DNA of 64,000 nucleotides from Tricharina praecox (GCF_024521635.1 NW_026250426.1:186001-250000); one strand, 5' to 3'. Numbered from the stretch's first letter, positions 38,636-52,880 are shown. The notes: generated by a model not told the origin, from the letters alone. Numbers and translations: made by a program.

Positions 38636-40609
38636 ATGGTTGTGGTAGCTGTTGTTCGGGTGCTGTTATTGGAGGTGGTGGGGGGATTAGCAGGTAGCGT
38701 GACGTAGGTATTTCGCTGGGTGCTAGGTATAGTTTGCAGGTAATGGCCGTTGTGTGGTGGCAGGTGAGTTTTGATTTTTCTTGCAGCAGATGTTCCGGTT
38801 CAGGGCGGCGGCGGTAATGATGGCATCAAGATTATGCGTCAACGATGGATGAAGAGATTCGGACGGGATTCACGACCAGTCGCAGGGCAGAGGAGGTAGG
38901 GAGTGCGTATGGGCAACTACTAGTAGAGATTGCTTGGTTTGTGTCCGGGTACGGGGGGGTGTGGGCGGGGGAACATGGACCATCGTCCACTGTCCATCAC
39001 CAGCATCGTCACCTTTTTCACATGTCGACGAAATAACGACGAAATTGATTTCCCCTTTCCAAATGGAATTAATTAATCTGTTGACCCGACGAAGTCATCA
39101 AAGTGTTGAGGGGCGCGATCCCATTCGCGCACTGTTCACGCGACCGCATAGAGTGCGTGCAGTAGTGGTGGGTGCCAGCTTGGCAGTGGGGCATGCAGGG
39201 AACAGCGAAAGGGCCGGAACAGCTGCCAGCACCCAACGTGGCAACGCAAATAAGACAGACAGGATCCTCCAGCATCACGGTGCATCACTCACAGCAGCGA
39301 CATCAGCGATCCGGATAAACCCGTGATCATTCCGTCTACATACATAGAGTATGATCTGACAAGTGACCAGTGACCATCGACATGCGGAGGCGTAAGAAAC
39401 CGGGGATAAGTAGGCTGCTCCGCACAAGATAGAGTGCACATGCACATGCATAAATTCCCCGCACTGCTCGCTCAGAGGCTAATCGGCTTTCGTCGCATGG
39501 TCCGGCGGGTCGTGCTTCCGAAGAAGGAAGGAAAAATCCTGCGATGCAAGATCTGGGGATTCCGCTTAGGACTGGTATGTGAGTATGTAGAGTCGGAGGT
39601 ATGTATAAAGTATAGAGTTAAATCCCAAGAATGGTAGCCTCGTCATCATTCTCTACCGAATTCCGGATCCGAAGACTCTTTGGAAGCCCGGAAACTTCTA
39701 GCGAGACTGAACCAGAGGCAGAATGGGAATTTGAATTCTCATCCCCCCTGCCAAACCACCACCAAACACCAACCAGCCAGTAGCTAAGCGCTGCTGAAAC
39801 CGCGTCTCAACGAATGTTCCACCATGGAATCTTCAGACACGCGCCAAGACTCCTCTGGCACCGACACGACAGCCAGTCAACAGATGTGCAGCTGCGGTGG
39901 CAGCTGGACTGGCCCCGCGAGCCGCCGTCTAGGAATGTTTGTGAATGCTTATGTGTGTAAGCGAGCCTCTTGGCAAACGCCAAGTTCCCAGTGAGACACC
40001 CACAAACGATTTGAAGCAGATACACATGGCAAATAGGAGTGCAGTACTCACATACATGCTGCACTTGGAGAAGCTGGTGGCAGACCAGGCGCGGGCTACG
40101 AAACGCTGAAGTAGCGAACGACGGGTTTCGAACTGTCTGGAGACGTCCGCATGGCTGTTTTCATCGGCGCCGAGTGGCCAACAGCGACGGGCCTCAAGCC
40201 GCCCTTCCCCTGGCTTGCGTGGCTAGGGCACGGGAGGAAATAGAGAAACGAGGTAGACAATATCGGATAGCGTATGCATGAGGTAGAATGGAAGAGGGGG
40301 AAGGAGGAGGAGAGAGTCAAGATATAAGACTTCTGCTGTGTCGTAGTGGTCTGATTCTCTTCTTCTTCTTCGTCACTATTCATCCATCAGCATTCGATCT
40401 TTGTTCCTGTTCGCTTCCGCGTGTTTGCTTCGTCTTCCCTTCTTTACGCACACTGGCTGTGTCCTATACATATTCCATATACCCTATTAGACTTTTTGTT
40501 CATACACTCGACAGCTAGTCTGCTCGTTCATTCACCTTATTCACCTCCATTCACCTTCATTCGCCTTCATTCCCAATACCTATCCATCTTTCACCAAGTC
40601 AGCATCATC

Positions 40610-41782
40610 ATGTATACCCAGGCAATCATCCTCCTCGCCAGCGTCCTCGCCACGACCGTGTCGGCATCGTGCATCCACAACACCTCCCTGAAGCCGCGGG
40701 CAGAAGGAGAAGTCCCGATCTCGACCTTTGGATACACTGGCACGCAAGGGCCGTTCAACTGGGCCGGTCTCGACGCAGCCAACATAGCCTGCTCGACCTC
40801 GCAAGTGCAATCACCGATCAACATCGACACCGCCACAGCACAGAAGCTCACGACCGCGCCAACCGTGAAGCTCAACAATGTAGCCACCGCCGAATTCGAG
40901 AACCTGGGCACGACGGTCGAAGTCCTCGCCACCGGCACGACGATAATCGGAAACCAGTCCTTCAACCTTGCACAGTTCCACTTCCACTCGCCCAGTGAAC
41001 ACCGCATCAACGAGGAGTACTTTCCGCTCGAGATGCACATGGTGCACGAGGCCGCCAATGGTGATATCGCCGTCATCGCCGTCATGTTCCAGCTATCGTC
41101 TAACTCCAGCACCGAGCTGCTGAAGTCCGTCACCGAGAACATCGGCGCTATCAAGGAGCCCGGAACGGTAACGGAGACTGGCGCACTCGACTTCGCCGAG
41201 CTGCAGAATCACATTGCCACCTCGCAGCTGTTCACCTACACTGGCTCGCTCACCACCCCGCCGTGTGCAGAGGGCTTGACTTTCATCATCCCCCAGGAGC
41301 CCATGGCCCTCGATGTCGAGACGTTCAATGCAATCAAGGCGACTGTCAAGTTCAACTCGAGATACACCCAGAACGGTCCTGGCAGTGAGAACATCTTGGA
41401 GCTCGGCTGTAATGCCGCCGACTCAGGTTAGTTTCCTCTCTCTCGGGATATTTATTTGATTGAACATGTGGCTGATTGAGTGGATGTAGCACGCAATGCG
41501 CCCCCTGCTTCCTCGACCGCCGCTGAAGGTGTCGCTACCGAATCTGCCGTTGCCACCTCGAGCGCTGCCGCGACCACTGACGCCGGCACGACCGAATCCG
41601 CCGTCGCCACGGAATCCGCCGCTGCGTCTGCATCCGCAACCGCCGCCCCCATCGGAGAAGACGCCGCACCCGGGGCTCCGATCACAGAGGAGGAGATAGT
41701 CCACTGCATTGCTGGAGCGTGCACGAACCGCCCGGCACGGATGGCGAAGAGGAGCCGGTGGACTCGGTGGGCCAAATACTAG
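40610..41782 (+). CDS. Secreted alpha-class carbonic anhydrase with an Ala/Thr/Ser/Glu-rich C-terminal tail
   Basis: Signal peptide MYTQAIILLASVLATTVSA, QSPINI, Zn ligands in QFHFHSPSEH and EMHMVH, and YTGSLTTPPCAE. Intron 41427-41489 adds the tail exon. Confidence 0.93.
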
Positions 41783-42462
41783 GTGGATTGGTAGCATTTA
41801 GACCGATCTGAAGGAGTCTGGGTATTCTTACGTATATACTATGGGGATGAAGGTTTTTTTTTCTCTTTTTTCGGCTGGTTGTGGTCTGTGGAAATTGATA
41901 CCCGTGGAGTTGTGAGCTGGGGACAGATGGGAGCATAAGAAGGGATGAATAAAAGAAGCTGTCGAACTCTGTACTCGTTTCTGGGACCTGTAGACCGAGA
42001 TAGTTCACAGACTGCAACTGTAATTAGTGAAGTCACGTAAGAGAGAGAACGTCAATTTATCGTCGTATATGTTAAGTGACACGATTTGTTTGTTAAACCA
42101 TTGATTGCACGCGATTTTAAGTGACATGATGTATATACATAGAGTACCATGCAGGGCTAACGCTGCACGTCACTCGGTTGATTCCCAGTGAGCATGCTCA
42201 GAATGCCTAGCGTGGTGGTCACCTGACGCGCACATCTACGCGGCTCGACTATTCGCCAATTTTCCACGAACGCGTTTTGTAGACGGCCACCCCTCCACTC
42301 ACCAATACACAATCTCTTCTCGGCGCTGGTCCCATCCAACACCTCGTACCACCGACCGTCTCTCCTCGGCGCTGGCCATTCGCCGAGCACCAACTACAAC
42401 GTGCACTACCAAACAGTCGATAAACTTCAGCCTCGCACTTACTGACCAGATAACGTTCCGCG

Positions 42463-45400
42463 ATGCCGTCGGCCACTAGAAGACGTCAACCCGCGGCAGT
42501 TGACGATGATGATTCGGACGAGCAACTTCGAGAACCGGCTGTCGATTCCACACCAGGTACTGTGCCACGACGACGCCGTGGCGTAAGACCGCCGAATGGA
42601 CGCGCTTCAATTGCTGCCGACGGTGATGACCAGATGGAGGAGGTGAAGGAAGAGACCGACGGTGAGGGGAACAACGAAGAGGGGGATGAGCGTGAGAATG
42701 AGGAGGGTGAGGGTGAGGGTGAGGGTGAGGGGGAACAGGAGGAGGAGGAACCGGCCGAATTCGCCGACAACTACCTACCGCCCGCGGACGACGATGAGCT
42801 CGACGCCGAGGAGGACATCCTGGGTGACGACTACGACATATCGCAGGAGGAGGAGATGCCATTCCAGGCTGGAGCGATAGTGCGCATCACTTTGAACCAC
42901 TTCGTCACCTACAATTTCGTCGAGATCTGGCCGGGACCGAGCTTAAACATGATCATTGGACCCAACGGAACCGGGAAGTCGACGCTGGTGTGCGCCATCT
43001 GTCTGGGTCTCGGTTACAGCACGAATGTTCTGGGTCGCGCGAAGGATATCGGCTCGTTTGTCAAGCATGGCGCAAAGGAGGCGTATATCGAGATAGAGCT
43101 GCAGGGGAAGGAGGACGAGAGGAATCCAATCATCGGAAGGAAGATCACACGGGCCGGGAACTTGTCGGCGTACTACCTCCACGGTGGGACAACTCCTAGG
43201 CTAGGCTAGCGGAGCGGATTTGCTGACATGTCTGCCATGCAGGCAAGTTGACGAAGTTTGCCAGCGTCCAGAAGATTACCAGAGCCTACAACGTTCAGAT
43301 CGACAACCTGTGTCAATTTTTGCCGCAGGACCGAGTACAGGAATTCGCTAACCTGCCGAATACCGAGCGCTTGGTTGCGACTGTCCGTGCGGCCGCACCG
43401 CCGGATATGCTGGAGTACCATAAGAACCTGATCCAGCTAGGGAAGGAAGTGGTGGGCGACCAAACCATGCTAGCCAATGACGAAACACAACTCAAGAAGC
43501 TCGAGGCCAGGCAAGCAGTTCTGCAACAGGATGTGGATCGTATGCGGGAACGCCAAGAGGTAGCTGCGAAAATTGATAAGCTTAAAGACATCAAACCGTT
43601 CCTTGTTTACCATATAGCCCTTCAGGCGGCGAACGAGGCAAAAACTGTCAGTAAGCAAGCGCGCGCAGAGCTCAGACAGCTGGAACAAGAGATAGAGCCG
43701 GCGCTGGAGCGACAGGAGCGGAAGAAGCGCTACAAGGAGGCCATCAAGATTGTGCTCAAGAGGCGCGCGGAAGCATTCGGCAAGAAGGAAGTGGAGCTCA
43801 CAAAAGTCCTGGACACCACCATTCCCGGACTAGATGAAAAGATGAAGGAAACACAGCAGGAAATTAAGGCCGAGGTTGCGAGCGAGGCGAAGCGGAAAGA
43901 AGAGCTCAAAAAGCTCAACAAGCAGTTGGAAGACACACAGACCAAGCTCGAAGCGGGACCCCCGGAGTTTGATCTCACTGTCTTCAATAACCAGTTGGTA
44001 AGGAACTTTGTTCTCAAATGGTTTCTTGTGAGGTCGCTGACGGCGACAGTATAGTCAGAGACGCGTGCTGCGCATCGCGAATGTCAAAACCGGGTAGATG
44101 AACTGAATAATGAAACTCAACAATTCAAGGAACGGGGAACCAGGATCGCTAGTGATCTTGACATTGCTCAAACAAAGTATACATCTTCTTCAAGTGATAT
44201 ATCCCGCCTGAACTGGTCACTGACTTGGATTTAGGTTGAGCGAGCTAGATTCAATCAGTGGGCAAAGGGAGGCGCTGCTTCTGCGACATCACCCAGAAAC
44301 GTCCAAGGCGTGGAACTGGTATCTCGATAACAAAGACATGTTCGAGAAGGAAATATTTCCACCTCCTATCCTTTCCTGCTACGCCAAGAATCCTGAGCAG
44401 GATGCCGATGTGATTGAAAACCTGATCGGTGGCGTTTCGACCGCTTTCGTGTGTCAGACCAGAGCGGATTATCTCAAATTCTCACTAGAGACTCTTGGTT
44501 CTCAGGACTACGTGGGATTAGGTTTGGCCCAAATCACCATCAAAGATTATTCCGGCAGTGCAGTTCCACGGTTGGAGGGCCACCGGAGGGCTCTCTCACC
44601 AGAGATGGTAATATCAGTTTTTCAGCTACCTAGGAGATTCATACCGCTGACAGAAGAATAGCTTCGCCGCCTGGGATTCGACGCAATTGCACTGGACCTT
44701 GTCAATGGGCCTCCCGAGGTGCTGAACATGCTTTGCCACGATTGCGGTCTCCACAACACTCCTGTGTCTCGTCGGGAGTTCAATTCACAGGAGCTGAAGG
44801 CTTGCGAGGACACACCAGCTATCTCGCATTTCATACATGGAAAGAATATTGTCTCGATTCGACGTCGCTACGGCCTCACGGGAAGTCAGTTCGATAAGCT
44901 TCGTAAGGCGACCATCTACAGCTCACAGAATCTCGATGAGAACCAGAAGAACGAAATCGAGCGCAGCATTTCGGAGCTTTCAGACGAGCTCAAGGAGATC
45001 CGCGAGGAGCTCAGCGCGAGGAAGGCGGAGCACGAAGGTATCCGCAAGCGGATCATGGAGATACAACAGGAGCAGAAGAAGATCACCGACAAGAAGAACA
45101 AAAAGCAGCACGAACTCTCGGAGTTTACCCATTTGAAGGCGCAATTCAAGTCGCTGCAGGAAAAGCTCGCGATGAAAACGCAGGGTGGCTCCGGACACAA
45201 GGAACAAATCGAGCGGCTGGAAAAGAAACTCGATAAACTGGCCATGAAGAAGGCGATGGTCGTGCAAGATGTCGAGGTTTGTGATTCGAGCATATCTTCC
45301 CCGTGTGTGAGTGCTGACGCGTGGTGCAGCGTCTAGTGGGCGAGGTCGTGGATCTCCGTGGAGAACTCATCAAGCTACGCATCCGTTACGCGGAGGCGAT

Positions 45401-46486
45401 GAGTTGCGAAAAGCTCTACGAGGAGAAAAACGCAGATATCATTGCTAGGAGAAATGATAAGCAGGTTGAGGTAGAACAATGTAAGTTTCATCAGTTATTC
45501 TGGGCAAGTCGAGTAATGCTAACAGTCGGCAGTAAATCGCGAATACGTGAGGCTGAAGGCCAAAACTCGCCAGTTACTCGATGGTGCTAAGGAGGCAATG
45601 ACAAAAATCACTCCCGAGGAGGGCAAACAGCTTCTTGAGACCATGCCGCACGAGAGAACGGTCGAGGAGCTGGATGACGAGATCGATGCGGAGGAGAGTC
45701 GTCTCTCATTGATCCATGAAGGCAACCCTGATGCGATAAGGCAGTTTGAACAGCGCACCGAAAGGATCATTGAGCTCAAAGCTAAGATCGACTCCATAAA
45801 CCAGAGCCTGGAGGAAAAACGGGCAGCCATACAGGAAGTGAGGCAGCTGTGGGAGCCGAAGCTCATCAAGCTTGTGGCCCGTGTCTCGGACGCCTTTTCC
45901 AAGAGCTTCCGGAAAATCGGATGTGCGGGCGAGGTCCAGGTGTTCAAGCATGAAGAATCCTTCGAGAAGTGGGCCATCGAGATCCTTGTCAGCTTTCGAA
46001 ACGGCGAGAAATTGCAGGTGTTGAATGCACAGCGACAGTCTGGTGGTGAGCGTGCCGTCAGCACCGTGTTCTACCTCATGGCGCTCCAGAGTCTGGCGAA
46101 ATCCCCGTTCCGTGTCGTCGACGAGATCAATCAGGGCATGGACCCCAGGAACGAGAGGATCGTGCACCACCGCATGGTCAATATCGCCTGCCAGCAGTAC
46201 ACCAGCCAGTATGTCCCCCTCTACCCCCTCCTATTCCCGAAGCCTAATAGCTCATGTGGCGTGCAATAGATATTTCTTGATTACTCCGAAGCTGTTGAAC
46301 GGACTGTTGTACCACCCACGGATGAAGGTCCACTGCATCTATTCTGGTGAGTGGGTGATGGACGACTTCAAATTCAACATTACCAAGTTCCTGAAGGCGG
46401 GAGAAAGGCAGTACGGAAAAGGCAAGCAGATCAAAGCTCGCCGCCAGCTGTCCGAGGAGGAGGAGGAAGAGGAGGACGATGATTAG
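42463..46486 (+). CDS. SMC5: Structural maintenance of chromosomes protein 5
   Basis: FVTY..GPSLNMIIGPNGTGKS (Walker A), QFLPQDRV, coiled coils, QSGGERAVST, PFRVVDEINQGMD and QYFLITPKLL. Seven frame-checked introns: 43184-43242, 43998-44054, 44177-44234, 44608-44661, 45277-45329, 45481-45532 and 46209-46269. Confidence 0.97.
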
Positions 46487-47195
46487 AATTTCTTTTGGAC
46501 TGGTTTGAGCTTCTATCTATACCTTTTCGACGGAGAATTTAGGGGCGTGACATGTTTTTCTTTTCTTTTGGTGGTGTTTGGCGTAAATGTATTTGGGTTT
46601 CTACATATGTTTTTCTTGTGGACGGTGGTGGTATGTGAGTACAAAGTGGATCACTTCAGAAGTACACATTCGGGTGTCAAGATCTATCCTAGAGTACAAT
46701 TCCCAGGTATTTCATCCGATTACTTGTGAAGCGATCTGCTGAGTGTGAACAATTGACGGTTGATGTTTCGTCTCAAACTTCGCCTATGGACTATCTATAG
46801 TGACAGAGCTGAAAGAAATCTGGAGTTCAATTCTCAACCGCTGAGGCGAATCCAACGAGTATATACGATACACGAACCGGTATGTCACATGCCATTGCGA
46901 GCGGTGGCAATTGTCCACTCCCTCGCTCGCCAATGCACTGTCATCCATCCAGTTCATCGGACCCCAACGCAGGAAAGGCTAGGCCAAAATTAACTCTGTT
47001 CAATGCCGATCGCATCGCAGGGTCGTCGCAGTGCAGGCCCACCAGGGCCACCACCACATCACGGGCAACAAAATTAGACTCATCACACTATCTACCACTA
47101 CCGACCGTACTTTACATAACACCGACCCAACTTGCCCGCGATTTGCAAAAACAACGCCAGCCAGCCAGCCAGCTCGCAAGCCAGCCCGCCCAGCT

Positions 47196-49543
47196 ATGTC
47201 TTCAACGACGCCGGTCGCACAATCCACATCCACATCCACACCGCAAGCCGACCACAGTCCATTATCGCCTCCTGGGCCACCTCCTTCCGCGACGGGAAGC
47301 ACCCGCAAAGCATGTGATTCCTGCCGGCTGTCCAAGTCGCGCTGCGAATCGGCCGCGCCGAACGACGCCGTGTGCAACCGCTGCAAGAAGACGGGGAGAA
47401 AATGTGTCTTTGGCGAGCGCAGCCGGCGCAGGAAGCGCGCAAAGACCGATAGTGGGGACGAGGCCGGCGGGGAGTCGGGCTCCGGAGAGAGGGATAAGGT
47501 TTCGCGATTGGAGAAGAAAGTTAGCATTCTGGAGGCACGACTGGGAGCCGGAGCTAGTGGGGCGGGGAGGGACGGCGGCGATGATGGTACAGAGAGTTCG
47601 TGATTTTTTCTCTTTCTTTTCTTGCCGTTGTTCTGTTCGGAATTGTTTCGGCTCCCTGGGGGGATGCGAATGTGGGCTGATTCGGTTCCGATTCCGTAGG
47701 GTTCCGAACACCTCCAGCGAGTACTACCGCTCCGCCGCCATCGGTGTCGCCGTCCGACGCCCCGCACCATTTGACGAATCCGCTGTACTTCTTTACGGAC
47801 CGGCTACAGCGGAATGGGACGTCGAAACCGTCCGGCCCTGCGCCGCCAGATGTGTTGGCTCGCCAGGTGCTCACCCTCGAAACGGCGACGACGCTGTATA
47901 CGCATTTCATTTCGTCGATGCTCCCGCACTTCCCGTTCTTTACCGCCTCGTCGTCAATGAACGCCTGCCGCGAGGACAAGCCGTTGCTGTTCCTGACTAT
48001 GCTCTCCGCCGCGGCGGCGTCCAGTGGCGCGTCGGAGTTGCATGCTACGCTACTCGAGGAGGTATATGCTACGCTTGCAGCCCGGATTCTGCACTCTGGC
48101 GATAAGAACCTCGAGCTCGTGCAGGCCATCATCACCACCGTGACGTGGTACCACCCGCCCGCGTCGATCGACCAGAGTCGGCTATGGATGTTGACTATGC
48201 AAGCTGCGGCGATGGCAGTGGAGCTGGACTTGGGGATTGCGGCGGAAATAGATGCTGTACGTGCGCTGCTCGTGTGTTACTCCTGCAATGGAAGCATCAG
48301 CATTGTCCTCCGCCGCCCGTTGTTTTTGCGCTGGGGGAGAAGGATCGAGGATGCGCTTGAGCGCGTGTTGAAATGTGGTCGGGACAGTGATCGAGTACTG
48401 GAAGTGTATATCCGGTTAGTCAAGCACGTCGAGGAAGCAGTCTGTGCTTGCGGCGTCCTGGATGGCGGTAGAGTATCCATCTCTGGCGCCAGTCTAGCAT
48501 GGACACTCGACGCGGCGGAAAAACGCGTATCAGCGACGTGGGCCAAGCTCGAGCGCACCAGTAGCACCTGGGGCCTCGCACGAACCAGCCTCGACATCGC
48601 ACACCATGGCGCCGTCCTCCAAGTCTTCTCCGTCCTCTTTGAAGCCAGCAACTCCGACCTCATCCTTCTCCCCGCCAATGCCCACCTCCTCTCCAACGCC
48701 CACCGCACACTCGACGTATTCCTCGCCACGCCCGCAGAACATCTCCGCTGCGCACCATTCCACGTCTTCGCACGCGCCGCAAATGCCTGCAGCGCGCTCC
48801 TCTGCTTCGCCGCTCGCGAGCGCAAGGCCGAAAAAACCATCGAGCATCTCAAGCTGCCGTACTACCTCGAAACCCTCATCTCCCGTCTCCGCCGGCTTCT
48901 TGAGTTAGGCGGCGGGAGCAAGACCATGGTCATGTCCCTGGCCCTCGCGGACGGAATGCGCCTGTACTTTCGCGCGAACCTGGCGTCTCCAGCGAAGGAG
49001 GAGGAACACGAAGAGGAAGCCGTCGCCGCGGCAGAGATCCTCTGCGGTACGCCTGCCGCTTCCGCCGCAACTTTCCCCACCGCCGCACCGCCGCCCGCCA
49101 TGCAGCACCAGTACCCTCCGCCGGGTGCAGGGCTGAGTCCCAGTGTAGGGTATAGCATGCCCACACCACCCGACCACCAGCAACACCAGCTGCCACAGCA
49201 GCACCAGCAGCAACAACAGCCACAGCAACAACAACACCAGCAGTCGCACCAGCAGCAACAGCAACAGCAACAACAGCAGGGGATCTTCCCGGAACCAATG
49301 GTATACGACCAGTCCGGCATCATGAGCTCGCAGGCGCTGGATGCGTTCTTGGCTGGCGTGGACGGTCAGATCATGATGGGCGGTATTGGCGCGCCGGGGC
49401 TGGACCAGGGCTTTCCGGGATTCGGAACAGGGAATGAAACGGGTGCTTGGGGAGGCGGCGGGAGTGGTGGCGTGTGGGGGTGGGGGTTAAATGGTGGAGG
49501 TGGTGGGAATGGGGGTGGGGGGCAGGGTTATGCATGGGTTTAG
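47196..49543 (+). CDS. Zn(II)2Cys6 fungal transcription factor
   Basis: RKACDSCRLSKSRC...CNRCKKTGRKCVF binuclear cluster and intron 47596-47699. A middle-homology-like region (F...MLPHFPF, KPLLFL..L, KNLELVQA...WY) is followed by a polyQ and Gly-rich C-terminus. Confidence 0.93.
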
Positions 49544-50529
49544 GAAGGAAGAGGAAGAGTAGGATGATGATGAGGATGAGCAGGAGGAGGAGGAGGAGAA
49601 TGTGCATGGGAGGAGAGCATTGGATTACATAGACCGTTGAGCGGGAGTTGGCGCTGTTTGCTTGTTTGATTGTCTGATTTGAGTGTTTACTTTCGGTTTG
49701 CATAGTAGAAATGGTTTCTTGCTAGACTGCGGAGTGTAGATTGATTGCACTTTGATAGGGCTTTTTCTGGTAATGGGTAATAACTAATAGTCATGTTCTT
49801 CTCAGTTTTTCACGATGAACGAGTGGCTACTCAAATAGGTATTTCAAGTAGGTAAACCGCCTTTGGCTAGGGCAGGTAGGTGCTTTGGTGATAAGTATCA
49901 CGGCGACACAGGTAGTAAAAGGCGAAGTACATATTGGTTCTATGCAGCACTTATCATACTCGAATATCCAGAGTAGATACTGTAGCTGTGCCCCCTATCC
50001 TTCCCCCAAACTCACCACTCCAACCAGCTTGACGGATCTACATACAAGGCTCCGAAGTGCCCGAACTGGTGTCCTGGATTCTTATCTCCCAGCAGCAAAA
50101 CAACTATTGAGTAGAATAGGTAGACGCCTTCGGTGGTTCGAACTTTGGTGATCAATTGCATCTCAGTTTCGCCGCCGCAATGCATGCCCGCCTTCCGCCT
50201 TCCGCCTTGGGTAGGTATCTCGCGGCTATCTCACAACTGTTATGTAGAGTACAGTACTTACGCACAATAATCTTGATCTCGATATAACCACTGGGAAGAA
50301 GCAGGCTACAGACGATCTTGTTCCTGCGGTTCGAAGAGTGTTTTACCGCTCACATTCACCCCCAGTTTCCGGACTTGCTTACACTCGTCTGCTCAATGCT
50401 CTTGCAATCTTCTCTCGATAAGGAAAAACGATTAGGCAATGATGATCTACCGTATGCATCTTGTGTTTATTCAAATTTAGATCTACAGTAGATACTCCGC
50501 GGGACATCCCCCCGCCCCACCACTCCCAC

Positions 50530-50980
50530 TCACTCATCCGCCTTCCACTGCACCAACTCATCGACGGAACACCCCTCCAGGGCCCTCCTGCCAGTAGCGC
50601 CCAGCACGACGCGGGGCACCGCGTCCTTGCCGACCTCGCCGCGGCCATGCGCCAGCAGCGCCTCCTTCCACCTGCTGACGCAAAGACACCACTTACAACC
50701 GCCCTTTAAGCCGATGCTGGTCAGGTCGTTCCCGCGGCTCTTCGAGAACTCGAGGAACTCCGGCGTCAGGATCGCCGCCACGCTGTGGTTTCCCGGGTCG
50801 GATGCGGGGGCATGGCAGTACCCGTCTCGGACGTACCCCGTGGGTGGCTGCAACGAGTGCGGACGCAGCGGCGTGGAGAAGATGTTTAGCTGGAAGACGG
50901 GGTGTTAGCTAGCGGAGGTATGGGGGAGGGGGAGTGGGGAGGACGCGGTCGCTGCTGCTGGGGGTGTGTTGCGTTGCCAT
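50530..50980 (-). CDS. DUF2237 family protein
   Basis: LNIFSTPL..PTGYVRDGYC....DPGNHSV....EFLEFSKSRGNDL...GL..G.KWCLC..RW.EA matches the DUF2237 pattern as I recall it. A 12-codon exon 1 and intron 50944-50890 (GTCCTC..GCTAAC..CAG) restore the frame. Confidence 0.85.
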
Positions 50981-51434
50981 GGCTCTAGTCGTGGTTTTGG
51001 GATTGGCGATCTTGCTTAGTAGCGGGGTTAGGCGGCGGACATAGAGATGCATCGTGAGTGGGACCCGGAGTTTGAGGTCTTTATTGGATTGGGAGGGCGC
51101 GGAGACGGAGCGGGTTGATGCGGTGGTGTCAGTGACAGTCGTGATTATCAATCGAAGGTTTTCGGCTACTGGTGCTGGGATGATGGAGCTTGACATCATG
51201 CACGGCGATCGTGGGACCAGGGCCGCAACCGCGATGATGGGTAACACACGTCATACCCAAGTATCGACTTCCAATTGATGTAGCTGGAGTGGATGAGAAA
51301 TCGAGTGAATAAATCACTCGCAATTCCCACGCATAAACAGATATATCACAATTCCACACAAACGCATACCTACATCAAACACCAAGCATCAAATATCACA
51401 CATCAAACATACCTACATAGTAAGACCAAGCACA

Positions 51435-52880
51435 ATGGCAATGAACGTGGCAGCAAACCTCGCCGAGAAGGTCCTCGGCAGCGGCGACAATGCAACAGTC
51501 ACTACAGGCGTTGCGAACCCCACCGTCGACATCGAGAAGTTCGCAGACACCTCAGTGCCCATGAAGGCGCTGACGTGGATGGGAAAGAATTCCGTAGCCC
51601 TGAGTAAGTCAACACATCCCTCGACCGGTGATTGAAACTAATCTTCTCAGGCGACTCATACAAACCACGCATCGTGGACCCGGGTGACGTGGTCCTCAGA
51701 GTGACCGGTAGCACCATCTGCGGCAGCGACCTACACTTGTATCACGGTGCGGTGACGAATATGCAGAAGGGCGACATCCTCGGGCACGAGTTTTGTGGTG
51801 TGGCCGACAGCGTCGGCTCAGCCGTCACCGGCATCCAGCCCGGAAAGCGTTACGTCGCCTCCTTCCAGATCGGCTGCGGAACGTGCAAATTCTGCAGCCA
51901 GGGACTGTCCTCCCAGTGCGACAACACGAACGATTCCACGGTGCAGAACATCCTCTACGGGTCGCGGACTGCGGGTCTGTTCGGATACTCGCACCTCACT
52001 GGAGGCTATGCGGGTGGCCAGGCGGAGTACGTGCGTGTGCCGTATGGAGATGTCAACCTCCTTGAGCTGCCAGACGATGTGCCCGACGAGCTTGGCCTGT
52101 ATCTTAGTGACGTTCTCCCCACATCCTACAACGCTGTGCAGGACACCCGCGTGTATCCCGGCGACACCGTGGCGATTTGGGGCGCGGGGCCGATCGGTCT
52201 CATGGTGGCGGCGTTTGCGTTTAAGAATGAGGCCAGCAGAGTCATCATGGTCGACAGTGGTTGGAGACTCGACTACGTCAAGAAGAAGCTGCCGAATGCC
52301 GAGACCCTCGACTACAAGGCGCTCGGCTCGGGCAAGTCGGTCACCGCCGAGATCCACGAGAGGGTGCCGGGCGGTGTGGATGTGTGCATTGAGTGTGCAG
52401 CCGGCGAGTACGCCAAGGGCGTCAGTACTCCTCAACCCCAGCTTCTCTATGACCGAATCCTAACGTGAATAGTGGGGCCACTACTTCGAGATGCTTCTCG
52501 GCATGGAAACTGACACCTCCGAGATCATCAACGAGATGATCACGTCGACAAGAAAATTCGGCCGCTGCGGAATCACCGGTGCCTACATCGGCTTCACAAA
52601 CCACTTCAATATTGGCTCTTTGATGGAGCGCGGCATCCGACTCATCGGTAACGGACAGGCGCCGGTACACAAGTACTGGAAGGACCTGCTGAAGATGGTA
52701 CAGAGTGGCGAGGTTGACCCTGGAATCATGCTGACCCACCGTGTCTCGCTCGATGATATGGCCGAGTTGTACAAGCGGTTCGATGCCAGGAAAGAGGAGG
52801 ATGGGATTATGAAGGTGTTCGTGGAGACCAAGTTCTCCGCGCCGAGAGCTGAAGGAACACCGGCTTTGACGAAGCTGTAG
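51435..52880 (+). CDS. Zn-dependent MDR alcohol dehydrogenase (formaldehyde-dehydrogenase-like subfamily)
   Basis: ICGSDLH, GHEFCG, structural Zn site CGTCKFC.......C, GGQAEYVRVP, LSDVLPT and GAGPIG. Introns 51604-51650 and 52421-52472. Confidence 0.92.

Noticed and set aside
39069..39278. 69-aa Cys/His-rich ORF resembling a RING finger
   Set aside because: The ligand spacing does not fit C3HC4/C3H2C3, and there is no other support.
40421..40609. N-terminal extension of carbonic anhydrase from a GTG start
   Set aside because: This is a pyrimidine-rich 5'UTR. The signal peptide starts at ATG 40610, which is in good context.
52869..52880. C-terminal TKL of the dehydrogenase as a PTS1
   Set aside because: It is non-canonical and lacks upstream basic residues, so it is too weak to call.
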